A stretch of DNA of 57,643 nt from positions 1 through 57,643 of the forward strand of contig JAWOJF010000040.1 of assembly GCA_046481785.1 (NCBI GenBank), read 5' to 3'. The translations under genes and the position numbers were made by a program. Below, piece by piece: positions 15,929-25,868 of the stretch; position 1 is the first letter of the stretch; every line of letters starts with the position of its first letter. The stretch comes from Ignavibacteriaceae bacterium (lineage in GTDB: Bacteria; Bacteroidota; Ignavibacteria; Ignavibacteriales; Ignavibacteriaceae). The notes below the pieces were generated by a model, which saw only the letters and a list, made by a program, of their open reading frames with translations, had not been told where the DNA came from and did no database searches.

Positions 15929-16293
15929 TGGGTTTTTTTGATATCCTTGGTGCTTTTGTACCTTTGATAATAATTGTTGCTCTTCTTTATGGAGTTTTAA
16001 TTTTTGTTAAAAAATATGGCTATAATCTTAAAGGAAAGGAGTTTTCCCCGCTTGATATTAAAGTTATAAGTACAAAAATGATAATGCCAAAAAGATTCAT
16101 TTCAGTTATAAAAGTTCAAGACAAACTTTTGGTACTGGGTGTAAGCGAACACTCAATAAATCTGTTGAAAGAGTTAGAGAGTGATATTGAAGACTCTAAA
16201 ACAGATAATACAGCAGAGACCTGGAATTCCGGTGTTATAAATTCAGGTGGATCTTTTTTTAATATTTTGAAAAAGAACATTGGCATTAAATGA
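15928..16293 (+). CDS. fliO: flagellar biosynthesis protein FliO/FliZ
   Basis: 121 aa with a single N-terminal TM segment, immediately upstream of and overlapping fliP. The call rests on position and topology. Confidence 0.6.
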   Translation: MGFFDILGAFVPLIIIVALLYGVLIFVKKYGYNLKGKEFSPLDIKVISTKMIMPKRFISVIKVQDKLLVLGVSEHSINLLKELESDIEDSKTDNTAETWNSGVINSGGSFFNILKKNIGIK

Positions 16294-17039
16294 AACGATA
16301 TACGATTATTTTAGCTCTTCTTCTGGTATTTATTTCAATTGAAAACACTTCTGCACAAACCCTTCCTTTCCCCAAGATTGGAATAGATGTAGGAACCGCT
16401 GACAGCGCTGAAGACGTTTCAGTTACATTGCAGTTATTACTGATGATGACTGTATTATCTTTAGCTCCGTCAATAATGATAATGACTACATCATACCTGC
16501 GGATTATTATTGTTTTTCATTTTCTTAAAAATGCACTTGGAACCCAACAAATGCCGCCCGGGCAGCTTTTAGCGGGTATTGCCTTGTTTATAACGTTTTT
16601 TATAATGGCCCCCACCTGGAACAAAGTAAATACCGAGGCTCTGAAACCTTTAATGGACGGCAAAATTTCGGTTGATTCTGCCTATAACAAAGGTATTGAA
16701 CCAATAAGAGAGTTTATGTTCAGAAATGTCCGCGATGAAGACCTTGAATTATTTTTAGGTTTGGCTTCTGTGGAAAGACCTAATAACAGGGAAGAATTAC
16801 CTACTTATGTAGTTGTACCGGCATTTGCTTTAAGCGAGCTTAGAGCAGGCTTTGTTATAGGCTTTTTCCTTTTCATCCCATTTCTTATGGTAGATATGAT
16901 TATATCAAGTATACTAATGTCAATGGGTATGATGATGCTTCCGCCTATGCTTGTGTCATTACCTTTTAAAATACTTCTTTTTATTCTTGTTGACGGCTGG
17001 AATTTAATAATCGGATCAGTAGTACGGAGTTTTTCATAA
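16290..17039 (+). CDS. fliP: flagellar export apparatus protein FliP
   Basis: Signal peptide plus LLLMMTVLSLAPSIMIMTTSYLRIIIVFHFLKNALGTQQMPP and ...PFKILLFILVDGW are FliP signatures. Confidence 0.95.
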   Translation: MKRYTIILALLLVFISIENTSAQTLPFPKIGIDVGTADSAEDVSVTLQLLLMMTVLSLAPSIMIMTTSYLRIIIVFHFLKNALGTQQMPPGQLLAGIALFITFFIMAPTWNKVNTEALKPLMDGKISVDSAYNKGIEPIREFMFRNVRDEDLELFLGLASVERPNNREELPTYVVVPAFALSELRAGFVIGFFLFIPFLMVDMIISSILMSMGMMMLPPMLVSLPFKILLFILVDGWNLIIGSVVRSFS

Positions 17040-17308
17040 TGACAGAAGAGTTAATTATTGAAGTAATTAAAGAAGCGTTTTATACATCTTTTATTATTCT
17101 ACTCCCGGTACTTGGCACATCACTGGTTGTTGGAATAATCATTTCTATTTTTCAGGCTGCAACATCAATACAGGAAATGACATTAACATTTGTTCCTAAA
17201 ATATTGATTACTGCCCTTGTTATTATTTTTATGCTACCATGGATGATGGATAAAATGGTTTCAGTAACACTAAAACTGTTTAACATGTTCAGTACAGTTG
17301 TAAAATGA
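17039..17308 (+). CDS. fliQ: flagellar export apparatus protein FliQ
   Basis: 89 aa with two TM segments. GIIISIFQAATSIQEMTLTFVPKI motif. Confidence 0.92.
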   Translation: MTEELIIEVIKEAFYTSFIILLPVLGTSLVVGIIISIFQAATSIQEMTLTFVPKILITALVIIFMLPWMMDKMVSVTLKLFNMFSTVVK

Positions 17309-18081
17309 CCGATATTCTTGTTGCCGATTTTGTAACCATATTATTGATATTCATGCGGGTATTTGCCGCTTTATATACCTCCCCGGTATTCGGACATAAA
17401 TCTATTCCTGTTATTTCACTTGTAGGGCTGGTTTTCATTATTTCTTATATAGTCTTTTTAAGTTCAAATATGCCTGAAATTACAGGGAATATTAGCTTAT
17501 GGTTCCTGTTTATTAATTCAATCAAAGAGATAATTACCGGTATTATAATCGGATTTTCCATTCACATTATTTTTTGGGGAATAAGTTATGCAGGAACATT
17601 AATTGGCTTTGATATGGGATTATCTATGGCTCAGGTAATGAATCCTATGGAACAGGTGAATAATAATGTAATAGGAGAATTAATATATACAGCATCCATT
17701 TTACTCTTTTTTATTATTAACGGACACCACTATTTCATCCAGGCACTTGTTTCCTCTTTTGATTTAGTTCCGCTGGGTAAGTTTACTGTAACAGAGCCTG
17801 TAATTTACCTGCTAATTAAATATGGTGCCGGCGTTTTTATAATTGCAGTAAAAATTGCTTCCCCTTTCCTGGTTTCTTTCTTCCTCGTACACCTTTCAGA
17901 AGGAATTATTGCAAGAGTTATTCCGCAGATGCAGGTTTTCTTTGTTACACAGCCGGTAAAAATTGCATTAGGACTTTCAATGCTTATAGCAATTATTCCT
18001 ATTTATATTTTTGTTATAAAAAATCTTCTTAAGAGCTATGAAGACAACTTATATCAACTTGTAAAAGCGATGGGTACATAA
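17305..18081 (+). CDS. fliR: flagellar export apparatus protein FliR
   Basis: 258-aa polytopic membrane protein between fliQ and flhB. FMRVFAALYTSPVFG motif. Confidence 0.9.
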   Translation: MTDILVADFVTILLIFMRVFAALYTSPVFGHKSIPVISLVGLVFIISYIVFLSSNMPEITGNISLWFLFINSIKEIITGIIIGFSIHIIFWGISYAGTLIGFDMGLSMAQVMNPMEQVNNNVIGELIYTASILLFFIINGHHYFIQALVSSFDLVPLGKFTVTEPVIYLLIKYGAGVFIIAVKIASPFLVSFFLVHLSEGIIARVIPQMQVFFVTQPVKIALGLSMLIAIIPIYIFVIKNLLKSYEDNLYQLVKAMGT

Positions 18082-19169
18082 TGGCTGCTGAGAATGAAGG
18101 ACAGGAAAAAACTGAACAGCCCTCGTCGAAAAAGCTTCATGAGTCGAGGGAAAAAGGACAGGTAGCAAAAAGCATGGAGTTAAACTCCTTTGCAATTTTT
18201 ACTTCCGGGCTGCTTCTTCTTTTTATTGCTCAAAGTTATTTGGGTGAAAAGATGTCATTTCTTGCAAAAAAAATTTTCGGTTCCCTGGACATACTTGAAA
18301 TATCTCAAGATAACCTGTTCCAGTTTTCATTTAACGGCTACATATACTACGTTACTATGCTGGGGCCTGTTTTAATTGGGTTGATTATAGTTGGCTTAAT
18401 TGTAAATATTGGCCAGGTTGGTTTTCATATAAGCTCTAAAGCCTTAAAGCCTAAAATGAAAAAGTTCAACCCAATAAGCGGCATTAAACGTATCTTTTTT
18501 TCCTCTAAATCCATAACTGAAATTCTCAAATCTATTGTTAAACTGTTTATTATTGGTTTATTCACCTACAATATACTGGATGACCTAATAGTAAGTTCTA
18601 CTAATCTTTCAAATTTAACAGTGGATGAAATTGTTAATTTTATGCTGGATTCGGCATATACCCTTTTATGGCAAATCTCGCTTGTTTATGCAGCTATTGC
18701 GGCTGCTGATTTTATTTATCAAAGATATAAGTTCAAAAAAGATATGATGATGAGCAAGCAGGAGGTTAAAGAGGAGAATAAACAAAGTGAGGGGGATCCG
18801 CAGGTTAAATCCAGGATACGAAGAGTGCAGTTTACTATGGCTAATAAACGCATGATGCAGAATATTCCACAGGCGGACGTGGTAATTACCAACCCTACCC
18901 ACTATGCAATTGCCTTAAAGTATGATATAAGTAAGAATGGTGCTCCTAAGGTACTGGCAAAAGGTATGGATGAACTTGCACTCCGTATTAAAGATATAGC
19001 AACGAAAAACAATATTTATATGCATGAAGACAGGGAATTGGCACGGGCACTTTATAAAAATTGCGAGGTTGGAGATGAAATACCTGCTTCTTTATTTAAG
19101 GCCGTGGCACAGATATTGGCTTACATTTACCAGCTAAAGAAGGCTAAAAAAAGAAAACAAATAGTATAA
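18081..19169 (+). CDS. flhB: flagellar export switch protein FlhB
   Basis: N-terminal GQEKTEQPSSKKLHESREKGQVAKS. Autocleavage motif NPTH (VVITNPTHYAIAL). Confidence 0.95.
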   Translation: MAAENEGQEKTEQPSSKKLHESREKGQVAKSMELNSFAIFTSGLLLLFIAQSYLGEKMSFLAKKIFGSLDILEISQDNLFQFSFNGYIYYVTMLGPVLIGLIIVGLIVNIGQVGFHISSKALKPKMKKFNPISGIKRIFFSSKSITEILKSIVKLFIIGLFTYNILDDLIVSSTNLSNLTVDEIVNFMLDSAYTLLWQISLVYAAIAAADFIYQRYKFKKDMMMSKQEVKEENKQSEGDPQVKSRIRRVQFTMANKRMMQNIPQADVVITNPTHYAIALKYDISKNGAPKVLAKGMDELALRIKDIATKNNIYMHEDRELARALYKNCEVGDEIPASLFKAVAQILAYIYQLKKAKKRKQIV

Positions 19170-21218
19170 TTGAATAAAATCTTTAAAAATACTGATATAA
19201 TCCTCGCTTTTGGATTGATTTTCATGCTGGGGTTAATGCTTATTCCTCTGCCCGCAGGAATGCTTGATTTTTTCCTGGCTCTTAATATTACCGCTGCTAT
19301 ACTAATTCTTATTGTATCTCTCTATATTCAATCACCCCTGGATATTTCTATTTTTCCGGGTATTTTGCTCGTTTTAACACTATTTCGTCTCTCACTTAAT
19401 ATAAGCTCTACAAGATTAATTTTACTGGATGGTTATGCCGGTGAAGTAATAGCCACCTTTGGCGAGTTTGTAGTCGGCGGCAACTTTGTTGTTGGATTTA
19501 TAATTTTTATTATACTTGTGATTATACAGTTTATAGTAATTATTAAAGGTTCGGGAAGAATATCTGAAGTTGCAGCTCGTTTTACGCTGGATGCTATGCC
19601 GGGTAAACAGATGGCTATTGATGCTGATCTTAATACAGGACTTATAACTGAACCTGAAGCTAAAGGGCGAAGAGAGAAGATTAGCAGGGAAGCTGAATTT
19701 TATGGAGCAATGGACGGTGCAAGCAAGTTTGTTAAAGGTGACGCAATTGCCGGGCTTCTGATTAATGGTATAAATATTATTGGTGGTTTTATTATCGGTA
19801 TTGCCGAAAAAGGAATGAGTTTTTCCGATGCGCTTCAGAACTACACTATTCTTACAATAGGTGATGGGCTTGTTTCGCAGATACCTGCGCTTATTATTGC
19901 TACAGCAGCCGGTTTAGTGGTTACAAGAAGTGCTGCCGGTTCGCCCCTTGATGAACAGATGAAAACACAGCTTCTTTCTAATCCAAGAGTACTTGGAACG
20001 GTTTCAGGGGCTATTTTCCTTTTTGCACTTGTTCCGGGAATGCCCTCGATACCTTTCATTATTTTAAGTGTTGCTCTTGGTGCAGGCGCTTATTTCAGGA
20101 AAAAGAAAAAAACGGCGGATAGCTTAATACCACAGGATGTAGAGTCAATTTCAGAACCGTCAGAAGAAAAAGTTGAGCAATATCTCCAGGTTGATCCTAT
20201 AGAAATTGAAATTGGCTACGGCCTTATAAGTCTTGTTGATGAAAAACAGGGGGGAAATCTTTTCCAGAAAATATCCTCTACCAGAAAGTTTATTGCTCTG
20301 GAGTATGGTTTGCTGGTGCCGCCGGTAAGGGTTCGTGACAATTTACAGTTAAATCCTAATGAATACATTATAAAACTAAAAGGAAATGTTGTTGCTTCTT
20401 ATGAAATCCATACCGACAGGTTCCTTGCTATGAATCCCGGACAGGTTAAAGAACCATTAAGCGGAATAGCAGCTCAGGATCCGGCATTCAATCTTCCAAG
20501 TTTCTGGATTTCACAAAATGAAAAAGATAAAGCTGAATTACTGGACTATACCGTGGTTGACAGTATTTCTGTTCTTTCCACACACTTGCAGGAAACACTT
20601 AAAAAGAATTTTGATAAAATTTTATCACGTCAGGCTGTTAAACAACTGCTGGAAAATCTGAAGAAAGAGTACCCTGCTGTTATTGATGAAATTAATCCTG
20701 ACGTGCTTTCTCTTGGCACAATTCAGAAGGTACTTCAGAATCTTTTAAAAGAGCTTGTGCCAATTAAGGATCTGGTACAGATACTTGAAGCTCTTATCGA
20801 TTATTCAAAAGTAACTAAAAGTATTGATGTGCTTACTGAATACGTAAGACATTCACTTGGTGAAACAATTGCCAATATGTATAAAGATAACCATGGTATA
20901 ATAAGAACAGTGGCTCTTGGAGATACCCTGGAAGGTTCTATTACCCGTGCTCTTCAAAATCAGAAAGAAGCCGCGCAGACACTTGGGTTAAACCCGGCCA
21001 CTCTTCAGATAATTCACACAAAACTTAAAAAATGCATTGAACAGTTCCGTATGCTTGGATACCCACCCGTTATAATTACATCGGCTACAATAAGGCCGTA
21101 TTTTTACCGCCTTATTAATTCAAGCTTTCAGGATACATCCATTTTATCCTATTCCGAACTTCCTTCAAATGTAGAACTAGAATTTATAGACAGAATAGAG
21201 GTTGAAAATGCAAGTTAA
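19170..21218 (+). CDS. flhA: flagellar export gate protein FlhA
   Basis: 682 aa. The TTG start is supported by a conserved N-terminus (LIPLPAGMLDFFLALNI). FHIPEP region (RISEVAARFTLDAMPGKQMAIDADL). Confidence 0.95.
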   Translation: MNKIFKNTDIILAFGLIFMLGLMLIPLPAGMLDFFLALNITAAILILIVSLYIQSPLDISIFPGILLVLTLFRLSLNISSTRLILLDGYAGEVIATFGEFVVGGNFVVGFIIFIILVIIQFIVIIKGSGRISEVAARFTLDAMPGKQMAIDADLNTGLITEPEAKGRREKISREAEFYGAMDGASKFVKGDAIAGLLINGINIIGGFIIGIAEKGMSFSDALQNYTILTIGDGLVSQIPALIIATAAGLVVTRSAAGSPLDEQMKTQLLSNPRVLGTVSGAIFLFALVPGMPSIPFIILSVALGAGAYFRKKKKTADSLIPQDVESISEPSEEKVEQYLQVDPIEIEIGYGLISLVDEKQGGNLFQKISSTRKFIALEYGLLVPPVRVRDNLQLNPNEYIIKLKGNVVASYEIHTDRFLAMNPGQVKEPLSGIAAQDPAFNLPSFWISQNEKDKAELLDYTVVDSISVLSTHLQETLKKNFDKILSRQAVKQLLENLKKEYPAVIDEINPDVLSLGTIQKVLQNLLKELVPIKDLVQILEALIDYSKVTKSIDVLTEYVRHSLGETIANMYKDNHGIIRTVALGDTLEGSITRALQNQKEAAQTLGLNPATLQIIHTKLKKCIEQFRMLGYPPVIITSATIRPYFYRLINSSFQDTSILSYSELPSNVELEFIDRIEVENAS

Positions 21219-22341
21219 AAAATTTATCGCTCCAACACTTAAAGAAGCAACATTAAATATGAAAGATGCTCTTGGAAGCGAAGCTGTAATACTTGGAACC
21301 CGCATCGTTGAAAGTGACGGCGGCTTCGGGTTAAGAAGAATGTTCGAAATTACAGCCGGTATGGAAGATGAAAAATTTGAAGAAGAGGCTGAGGGGCTGG
21401 AGGTAATCCAGAATGAAAAGTCTGTACCCAATTTTTCCCGTGAACTGAAGGAGATATCTATGAGGTTCAACAACCAGGCTGCACCGCGAAATGTAACCCC
21501 CAGGGAAAAAATAAAAATACCTGAACAAAAAATTGAAACAATGGATGGTCATCTGAGGGATTTGGTAGAAACCCTTTCTCACAAAGATGTACAAAAAGAT
21601 GTTATTGCATCTGTAGTTGCAGAATTAACGAAGTATAAAAAATTTCTGCACTCATCCAATATTGATAATTATGTACTTTCGGCTCTTTCTTCAATGATTC
21701 CTACATCAAATATTGAATTAAAGAAGTCGGGCCACCCCAGAATAATCAGTTTTGTAGGGCCCACCGGTGTTGGGAAAACTACCTGTATAGCAAAACTTGC
21801 AGTTATTGCAAAAATTCTGCACAACCTTGATGTAGGGCTGATTTCCATTGACACATATCGTCTTGGCGCTATTGACCAGTTAAAAATATTCTCAGAGATT
21901 ACAAAAACTGATCTTCTGGTTGCTTATGATCCGGATGAAGTTGAAAAACATTTACACACTTTCAGGAAAAAAGATATAATTTTTGTTGACACCGCCGGCC
22001 GAAGCCCTAAAAATACTGACCAGCTTAAAAAGACGAAAGAATTTCTTGATGTTCTTAAATCGAATGAAACATTTTTGGTCTTAAGCACCACAAGCACTAC
22101 CCGAAGCATGGCAGACGCTGCCGATAAATTCAGCCTGTTTAATTATTCATCTTTCATTTTTACTAAAATTGATGAAGCTGTAACATTTGGTAATATAATT
22201 AACCTTACTTCAGATTATAAAAAACCGGTTGCATATCTTTCAAACGGGCAGACAATACCGGATGACATTATTTCTGCTGACCCAGAGTTTATTGCTAATA
22301 TCATTTATACAGGAAATTATCTAAATGTTAGGCCAAGCTGA
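21202..22341 (+). CDS. flhF: flagellar biosynthesis SRP-type GTPase FlhF
   Basis: G1 GPTGVGKTT, DTYRLGAIDQL and G3 DTAGRS. Follows flhA. Confidence 0.92.
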   Translation: MKMQVKKFIAPTLKEATLNMKDALGSEAVILGTRIVESDGGFGLRRMFEITAGMEDEKFEEEAEGLEVIQNEKSVPNFSRELKEISMRFNNQAAPRNVTPREKIKIPEQKIETMDGHLRDLVETLSHKDVQKDVIASVVAELTKYKKFLHSSNIDNYVLSALSSMIPTSNIELKKSGHPRIISFVGPTGVGKTTCIAKLAVIAKILHNLDVGLISIDTYRLGAIDQLKIFSEITKTDLLVAYDPDEVEKHLHTFRKKDIIFVDTAGRSPKNTDQLKKTKEFLDVLKSNETFLVLSTTSTTRSMADAADKFSLFNYSSFIFTKIDEAVTFGNIINLTSDYKKPVAYLSNGQTIPDDIISADPEFIANIIYTGNYLNVRPS

Positions 22342-23155
22342 AAGGCTGATTGAACTAAAAAGCCTTTTTAATAAAAAGGAGAAGGATTTATCCGACTCTG
22401 CTATTCTTTCTTTTATCTCCGGCAAGGGGGGTACAGGAAAAACTTTTTTATCCCTTAATATTTCTCATGTATTAGCGGGAATGGGGAAAAAAGTATTATA
22501 TGTAGATTTTGACTTTAATCTGGCAAATGCGCATCTGCTTCTTGATATTAATCCTGCAAAGACCTTATTTGATTTCTTTTCCAGCAGGGCATTGTTAAAT
22601 GAAGTTATTTTTCAGTACAACGAAAACTTTCACTTAATTTTTGGTGATTCAGGGAGATCGGATTTTACAGATATAGATGATGCACAGATGAACAGATTTC
22701 TTAACCAGCTGAAAAGCTCCGGTTATGACTTTATTATATTGGATTTTCCTGCAGGTGTGGGAAAATCCTTAATTAATACGCTTTCATATACTGATTATGC
22801 AATAATGGTAGCAACCACCGATCCAACAGCGGTTATGGATGCCTATGCATTAACTAAGCTGATGAAACATGAAAAACTTCAATGCAGCAAGTATGTTATT
22901 ATTAATAAAAGCAGGAGTATAGATGAAGGGGGAATTGCCTTCAACAACCTTAATTCTGCTTCCCGTCATTTCCTGAAAGAGAACCTGGAACTTTTATCCT
23001 GTATAAGCCTTAGCAATGAAGCTTATGATTCAGTTTATTCACAGAAATTAGCTGCCGAAAATTATGAAAATTCACCTGTTTTAACCGAAATTAAAGCGGC
23101 CGCAAAGAGAATATCTGAAATCACCCATTTGGCTAATATTCACCAACCAGCCTGA
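22325..23155 (+). CDS. flhG: MinD/ParA-type ATPase FlhG (YlxH/FleN)
   Basis: Deviant Walker A SGKGGTGKTF. Follows flhF. Confidence 0.88.
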   Translation: MLGQAERLIELKSLFNKKEKDLSDSAILSFISGKGGTGKTFLSLNISHVLAGMGKKVLYVDFDFNLANAHLLLDINPAKTLFDFFSSRALLNEVIFQYNENFHLIFGDSGRSDFTDIDDAQMNRFLNQLKSSGYDFIILDFPAGVGKSLINTLSYTDYAIMVATTDPTAVMDAYALTKLMKHEKLQCSKYVIINKSRSIDEGGIAFNNLNSASRHFLKENLELLSCISLSNEAYDSVYSQKLAAENYENSPVLTEIKAAAKRISEITHLANIHQPA

Positions 23156-23190
23156 AACTTTCCTTAAATTTAACCTGAATTAGGGCTAAA

Positions 23191-23225
23191 ATAGCATACC
23201 GGAATTGGTATGCTATTTGTCTTTT
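23191..23225 (+). terminator. terminator-like hairpin after flhG
   Basis: ATAGCATACC (23191-200), loop GGAATT, GGTATGCTAT (23207-16), followed by the T-rich TTGTCTTTT. Confidence 0.5.
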
Positions 23226-23242
23226 CATAGTCAGGAGTTTTT

Positions 23243-23476
23243 ATGAACAAAATAATATTTCAAATAGGTCTTTTAATCTTTACCCTTTCAATTATGTTTT
23301 TCAGCCGAATGGATATAGCAATAGAAGAGATTTTGCTGAGAGCATTTCTTGTTTTCTTTCTGCTGACCTTTATGCTGGGTCTTATAACTATTTTGTTTAT
23401 GAAGTCAATAAGTAAAACTTCCGTAGAAAAAAGCACGGATACACCACAACAATTAGACAGGAAAGCTAAAGTATGA
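23243..23476 (+). CDS. hypothetical small membrane protein (77 aa, 2 predicted TM segments) preceding fliA
   Basis: Track ORF. Two hydrophobic segments. Its stop overlaps the fliA start (ATGA). Confidence 0.5.
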   Translation: MNKIIFQIGLLIFTLSIMFFSRMDIAIEEILLRAFLVFFLLTFMLGLITILFMKSISKTSVEKSTDTPQQLDRKAKV

Positions 23477-24099
23477 ATATTTCAGTATTATGGTCGCAGT
23501 ATAAAACTTCACCAGATGAAGATTTGAAAAAGAAAATAATGTTGAATTATTTGAAACTTGTTCATTATGTAATTCACCATAACAAATTCCTGAATTTTGA
23601 TATTCTCGATGACAGAGATTACTTCCAGTTTGGAATTGAAGGTCTTAGTGAAGCTATAGACCGTTTTGATCCGGATTACGGGACAAAGTTTGAAACATAT
23701 GCTATACAAAGGATAAGGGGAAAAATAATTGATGAGTTAAGAAAGATACAGATAAAACCCCGTTCGCTTTCTAATAACCCGGAAGATATTGTATATTCAA
23801 ATGTATCTCTTAATCATTCGTTTGATGACGATGAAGGATACATGCTGTATGAAACCATCCCTAATGATTCTGAAACTCCTACCGAAGTAACCGAAAAAAA
23901 TGAAGCAAAAGAACTGCTTGTAAAAACAATAAAAGAACTTGGTGAACGCGAACGAATGATAATTACTCTTTACTATTATGAAGAGCTGAGTTATAAAGAA
24001 ATAGCCGATGTCCTGAGCATCACAGTTTCCAGAGTTTCACAGGTTCATACAAAAATAATGGCTCAGTTAAAAAATAAATTAATGTGTCTTCATGAATAG
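23473..24099 (+). CDS. fliA: flagellar RNA polymerase sigma factor FliA (sigma28 / SigD family)
   Basis: Region 2 FGIEGLSEAIDRFDPDYGTKFETYAIQRIRGKIIDELRK. Region 4 ERERMIITLYYYEELSYKEIADVLSITVSRVSQVHTK. Confidence 0.92.
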   Translation: MNISVLWSQYKTSPDEDLKKKIMLNYLKLVHYVIHHNKFLNFDILDDRDYFQFGIEGLSEAIDRFDPDYGTKFETYAIQRIRGKIIDELRKIQIKPRSLSNNPEDIVYSNVSLNHSFDDDEGYMLYETIPNDSETPTEVTEKNEAKELLVKTIKELGERERMIITLYYYEELSYKEIADVLSITVSRVSQVHTKIMAQLKNKLMCLHE

Positions 24100-24970
24100 T
24101 AATACCGAAACTGTCGTAACAGTGAGTAATCATTATAGGGAATCTCTTCTTAGTATTAAAAATCTACCTTCTATTCCTGTTATAATGATGGAAGTAACTA
24201 AACTGCTAGGCAGCCCCAAAACAAGCGCTAATGAATTAGGCAGAGTAATAAGCAGGGACCAGGGACTTGTAGCCAAAATTCTTACAGTTGCCAACTCTCC
24301 ATTATATGGCTTACCAAGAAGAGTTTCCACAATTGAGTTTGCCATTGTTATCCTCGGGTTTGATCATATAAAAAATATTGTTATTGCTTTATCAATGATT
24401 GAAGCTTTCAAAAACAAGGACGACAGGAATTGGAACAGAAAAAAATACTGGCAGCACTCGGTATTAACAGCAGTTGCCGCAAAAAGAATAGCTGACGATT
24501 TAGGATTTGTGAAATCAGGGGAGGCCTTTACAGGCGGGCTTCTTCACGATCTCGGTATTTCAGTTATACAAAGATATTTTAATCATGAATTCAGCAGAAT
24601 TAACCGGATGGTAAGGGAAAGACAATCAGATTTTCTTAGTGCTGAAGAAAAAGTTCTTGACTTAACACATCCGGAAGTGGGAAGATATTTGCTTGAAAGA
24701 TGGAACCTTCCTAAAAGTCTTGGCGATGCTGTTTTTTATCATCATAAGCCTTCGGCTGCCGAGGATAATAACGCATTAGCTGCTATTGTTCATCTTGCCG
24801 ACTATATGACACAGAAATTTCATGATAGTCATTTACTCTGGGATGCTGATTACCAGTTGGACGAAAACATAATTGATATTCTTAACCTGGGTGATGAAAA
24901 ATATCTCCATCAGTTTATAGATACTTATCAACAATTATTCAAAAATCAAACAGATTCATTTTTAACTTAA
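24092..24970 (+). CDS. HDOD domain signalling protein (paralog 1)
   Basis: LPSIPVIMMEVTKLLGSP...ELGRVISRDQGLVAKILTVANSPLYGLPRRVSTIEFAIVILGF, ...GLLHDLG..., ...HPEVGRYLLERWNLP. It overlaps the fliA stop by 8 nt. Confidence 0.85.
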   Translation: MNSNTETVVTVSNHYRESLLSIKNLPSIPVIMMEVTKLLGSPKTSANELGRVISRDQGLVAKILTVANSPLYGLPRRVSTIEFAIVILGFDHIKNIVIALSMIEAFKNKDDRNWNRKKYWQHSVLTAVAAKRIADDLGFVKSGEAFTGGLLHDLGISVIQRYFNHEFSRINRMVRERQSDFLSAEEKVLDLTHPEVGRYLLERWNLPKSLGDAVFYHHKPSAAEDNNALAAIVHLADYMTQKFHDSHLLWDADYQLDENIIDILNLGDEKYLHQFIDTYQQLFKNQTDSFLT

Positions 24971-24986
24971 ATAAAAGTCTTATTCT

Positions 24987-25868
24987 ATGGCCACAATTAT
25001 ATTAGATCAAAAGCAGAAACGTGAAAAAACAGAGATGGTTTTGTTAAACATTTATAACCTTCCGCCTATACCCAAAGTTATGTCGGAAGTATTAAAAATG
25101 CTCGAGAACCCGTCAATCAGTACTATTGAATTAACCAAGGTTATTAGCAAGGACCAGAGTCTTGTTACAAAAATACTTTCTATTGCCAACTCTCCTTTGT
25201 TTGGATTACAGAGAAAAGTAACTTCAATAGATTTTGCAATACTGGTGCTTGGTTTCGGAGAGCTGCGAAATATAGTATCCGTTTTATCTATGGTTGAATC
25301 CTTCAGGAATAAGACAGACAAATACCTTGATCATAAGCAATTCTGGCTGCACTCATTTTTAACAGGTACTGCTACAAGGAAACTGGCCGAAGAGTTCAAG
25401 TTCCCCTTCAGCGGTGAAGCTTTTATTGCCGGGTTTCTGCATGACATGGGAGTCTCCATTATGCACAGGTATTTCCATACTAATTTTATTACAATTTCCG
25501 ATCTTCTTGATCAGGGAGTTGATCTTGCAGAGGCTGAAACGTCTGTAATTGGTATGACCCATGAGCAGATAGGGAATTTTCTTATAGAAAGATGGAATTT
25601 CCCGTTAACCCTTTGTGACGCAATTCTCCATCATCATGTACCCGGTGAATCTAAAAATAATCTTTTACTTTCATCTCTTGTACATATTGCAGATTATATG
25701 ACTAATAAACTTATGACCGGAAATTTTTCATGGGATAGAAATTTAACTGTAAGTAATGAAGCCAAAGAGGCTCTGAGATTTAACAGCGACGAAGAGTTTG
25801 ATGCTTTCGTTGAAGGTTACAGAGAAGTTTTCGCACAACAGGCCGAATCAATAAGGTTTATGAATTGA
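24987..25868 (+). CDS. HDOD domain signalling protein (paralog 2)
   Basis: The architecture and motifs match the upstream gene (LPPIPKVMSEVLKML..., SKDQSLVTKILSIANSPLFGLQRKVTSIDFAILVLGF, GFLHDMG, HEQIGNFLIERWNFP). Confidence 0.85.
   Translation: MATIILDQKQKREKTEMVLLNIYNLPPIPKVMSEVLKMLENPSISTIELTKVISKDQSLVTKILSIANSPLFGLQRKVTSIDFAILVLGFGELRNIVSVLSMVESFRNKTDKYLDHKQFWLHSFLTGTATRKLAEEFKFPFSGEAFIAGFLHDMGVSIMHRYFHTNFITISDLLDQGVDLAEAETSVIGMTHEQIGNFLIERWNFPLTLCDAILHHHVPGESKNNLLLSSLVHIADYMTNKLMTGNFSWDRNLTVSNEAKEALRFNSDEEFDAFVEGYREVFAQQAESIRFMN

Noticed and set aside
19105-19119. TGGCAC-N5-TTGG near the end of flhB, a possible sigma54 promoter for flhA
   Set aside because: The -12 element is not TTGC. 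The motif lies in coding sequence, and flhA is contiguous with the flhB stop (start codon immediately follows it). It is probably chance.
22120-22127. Perfect sigma28 -10 octamer GCCGATAA inside flhF
   Set aside because: There is no TAAA at the required 15-nt spacing (the sequence there is CCGA). The octamer encodes Ala-Asp-Lys in the flhF frame.
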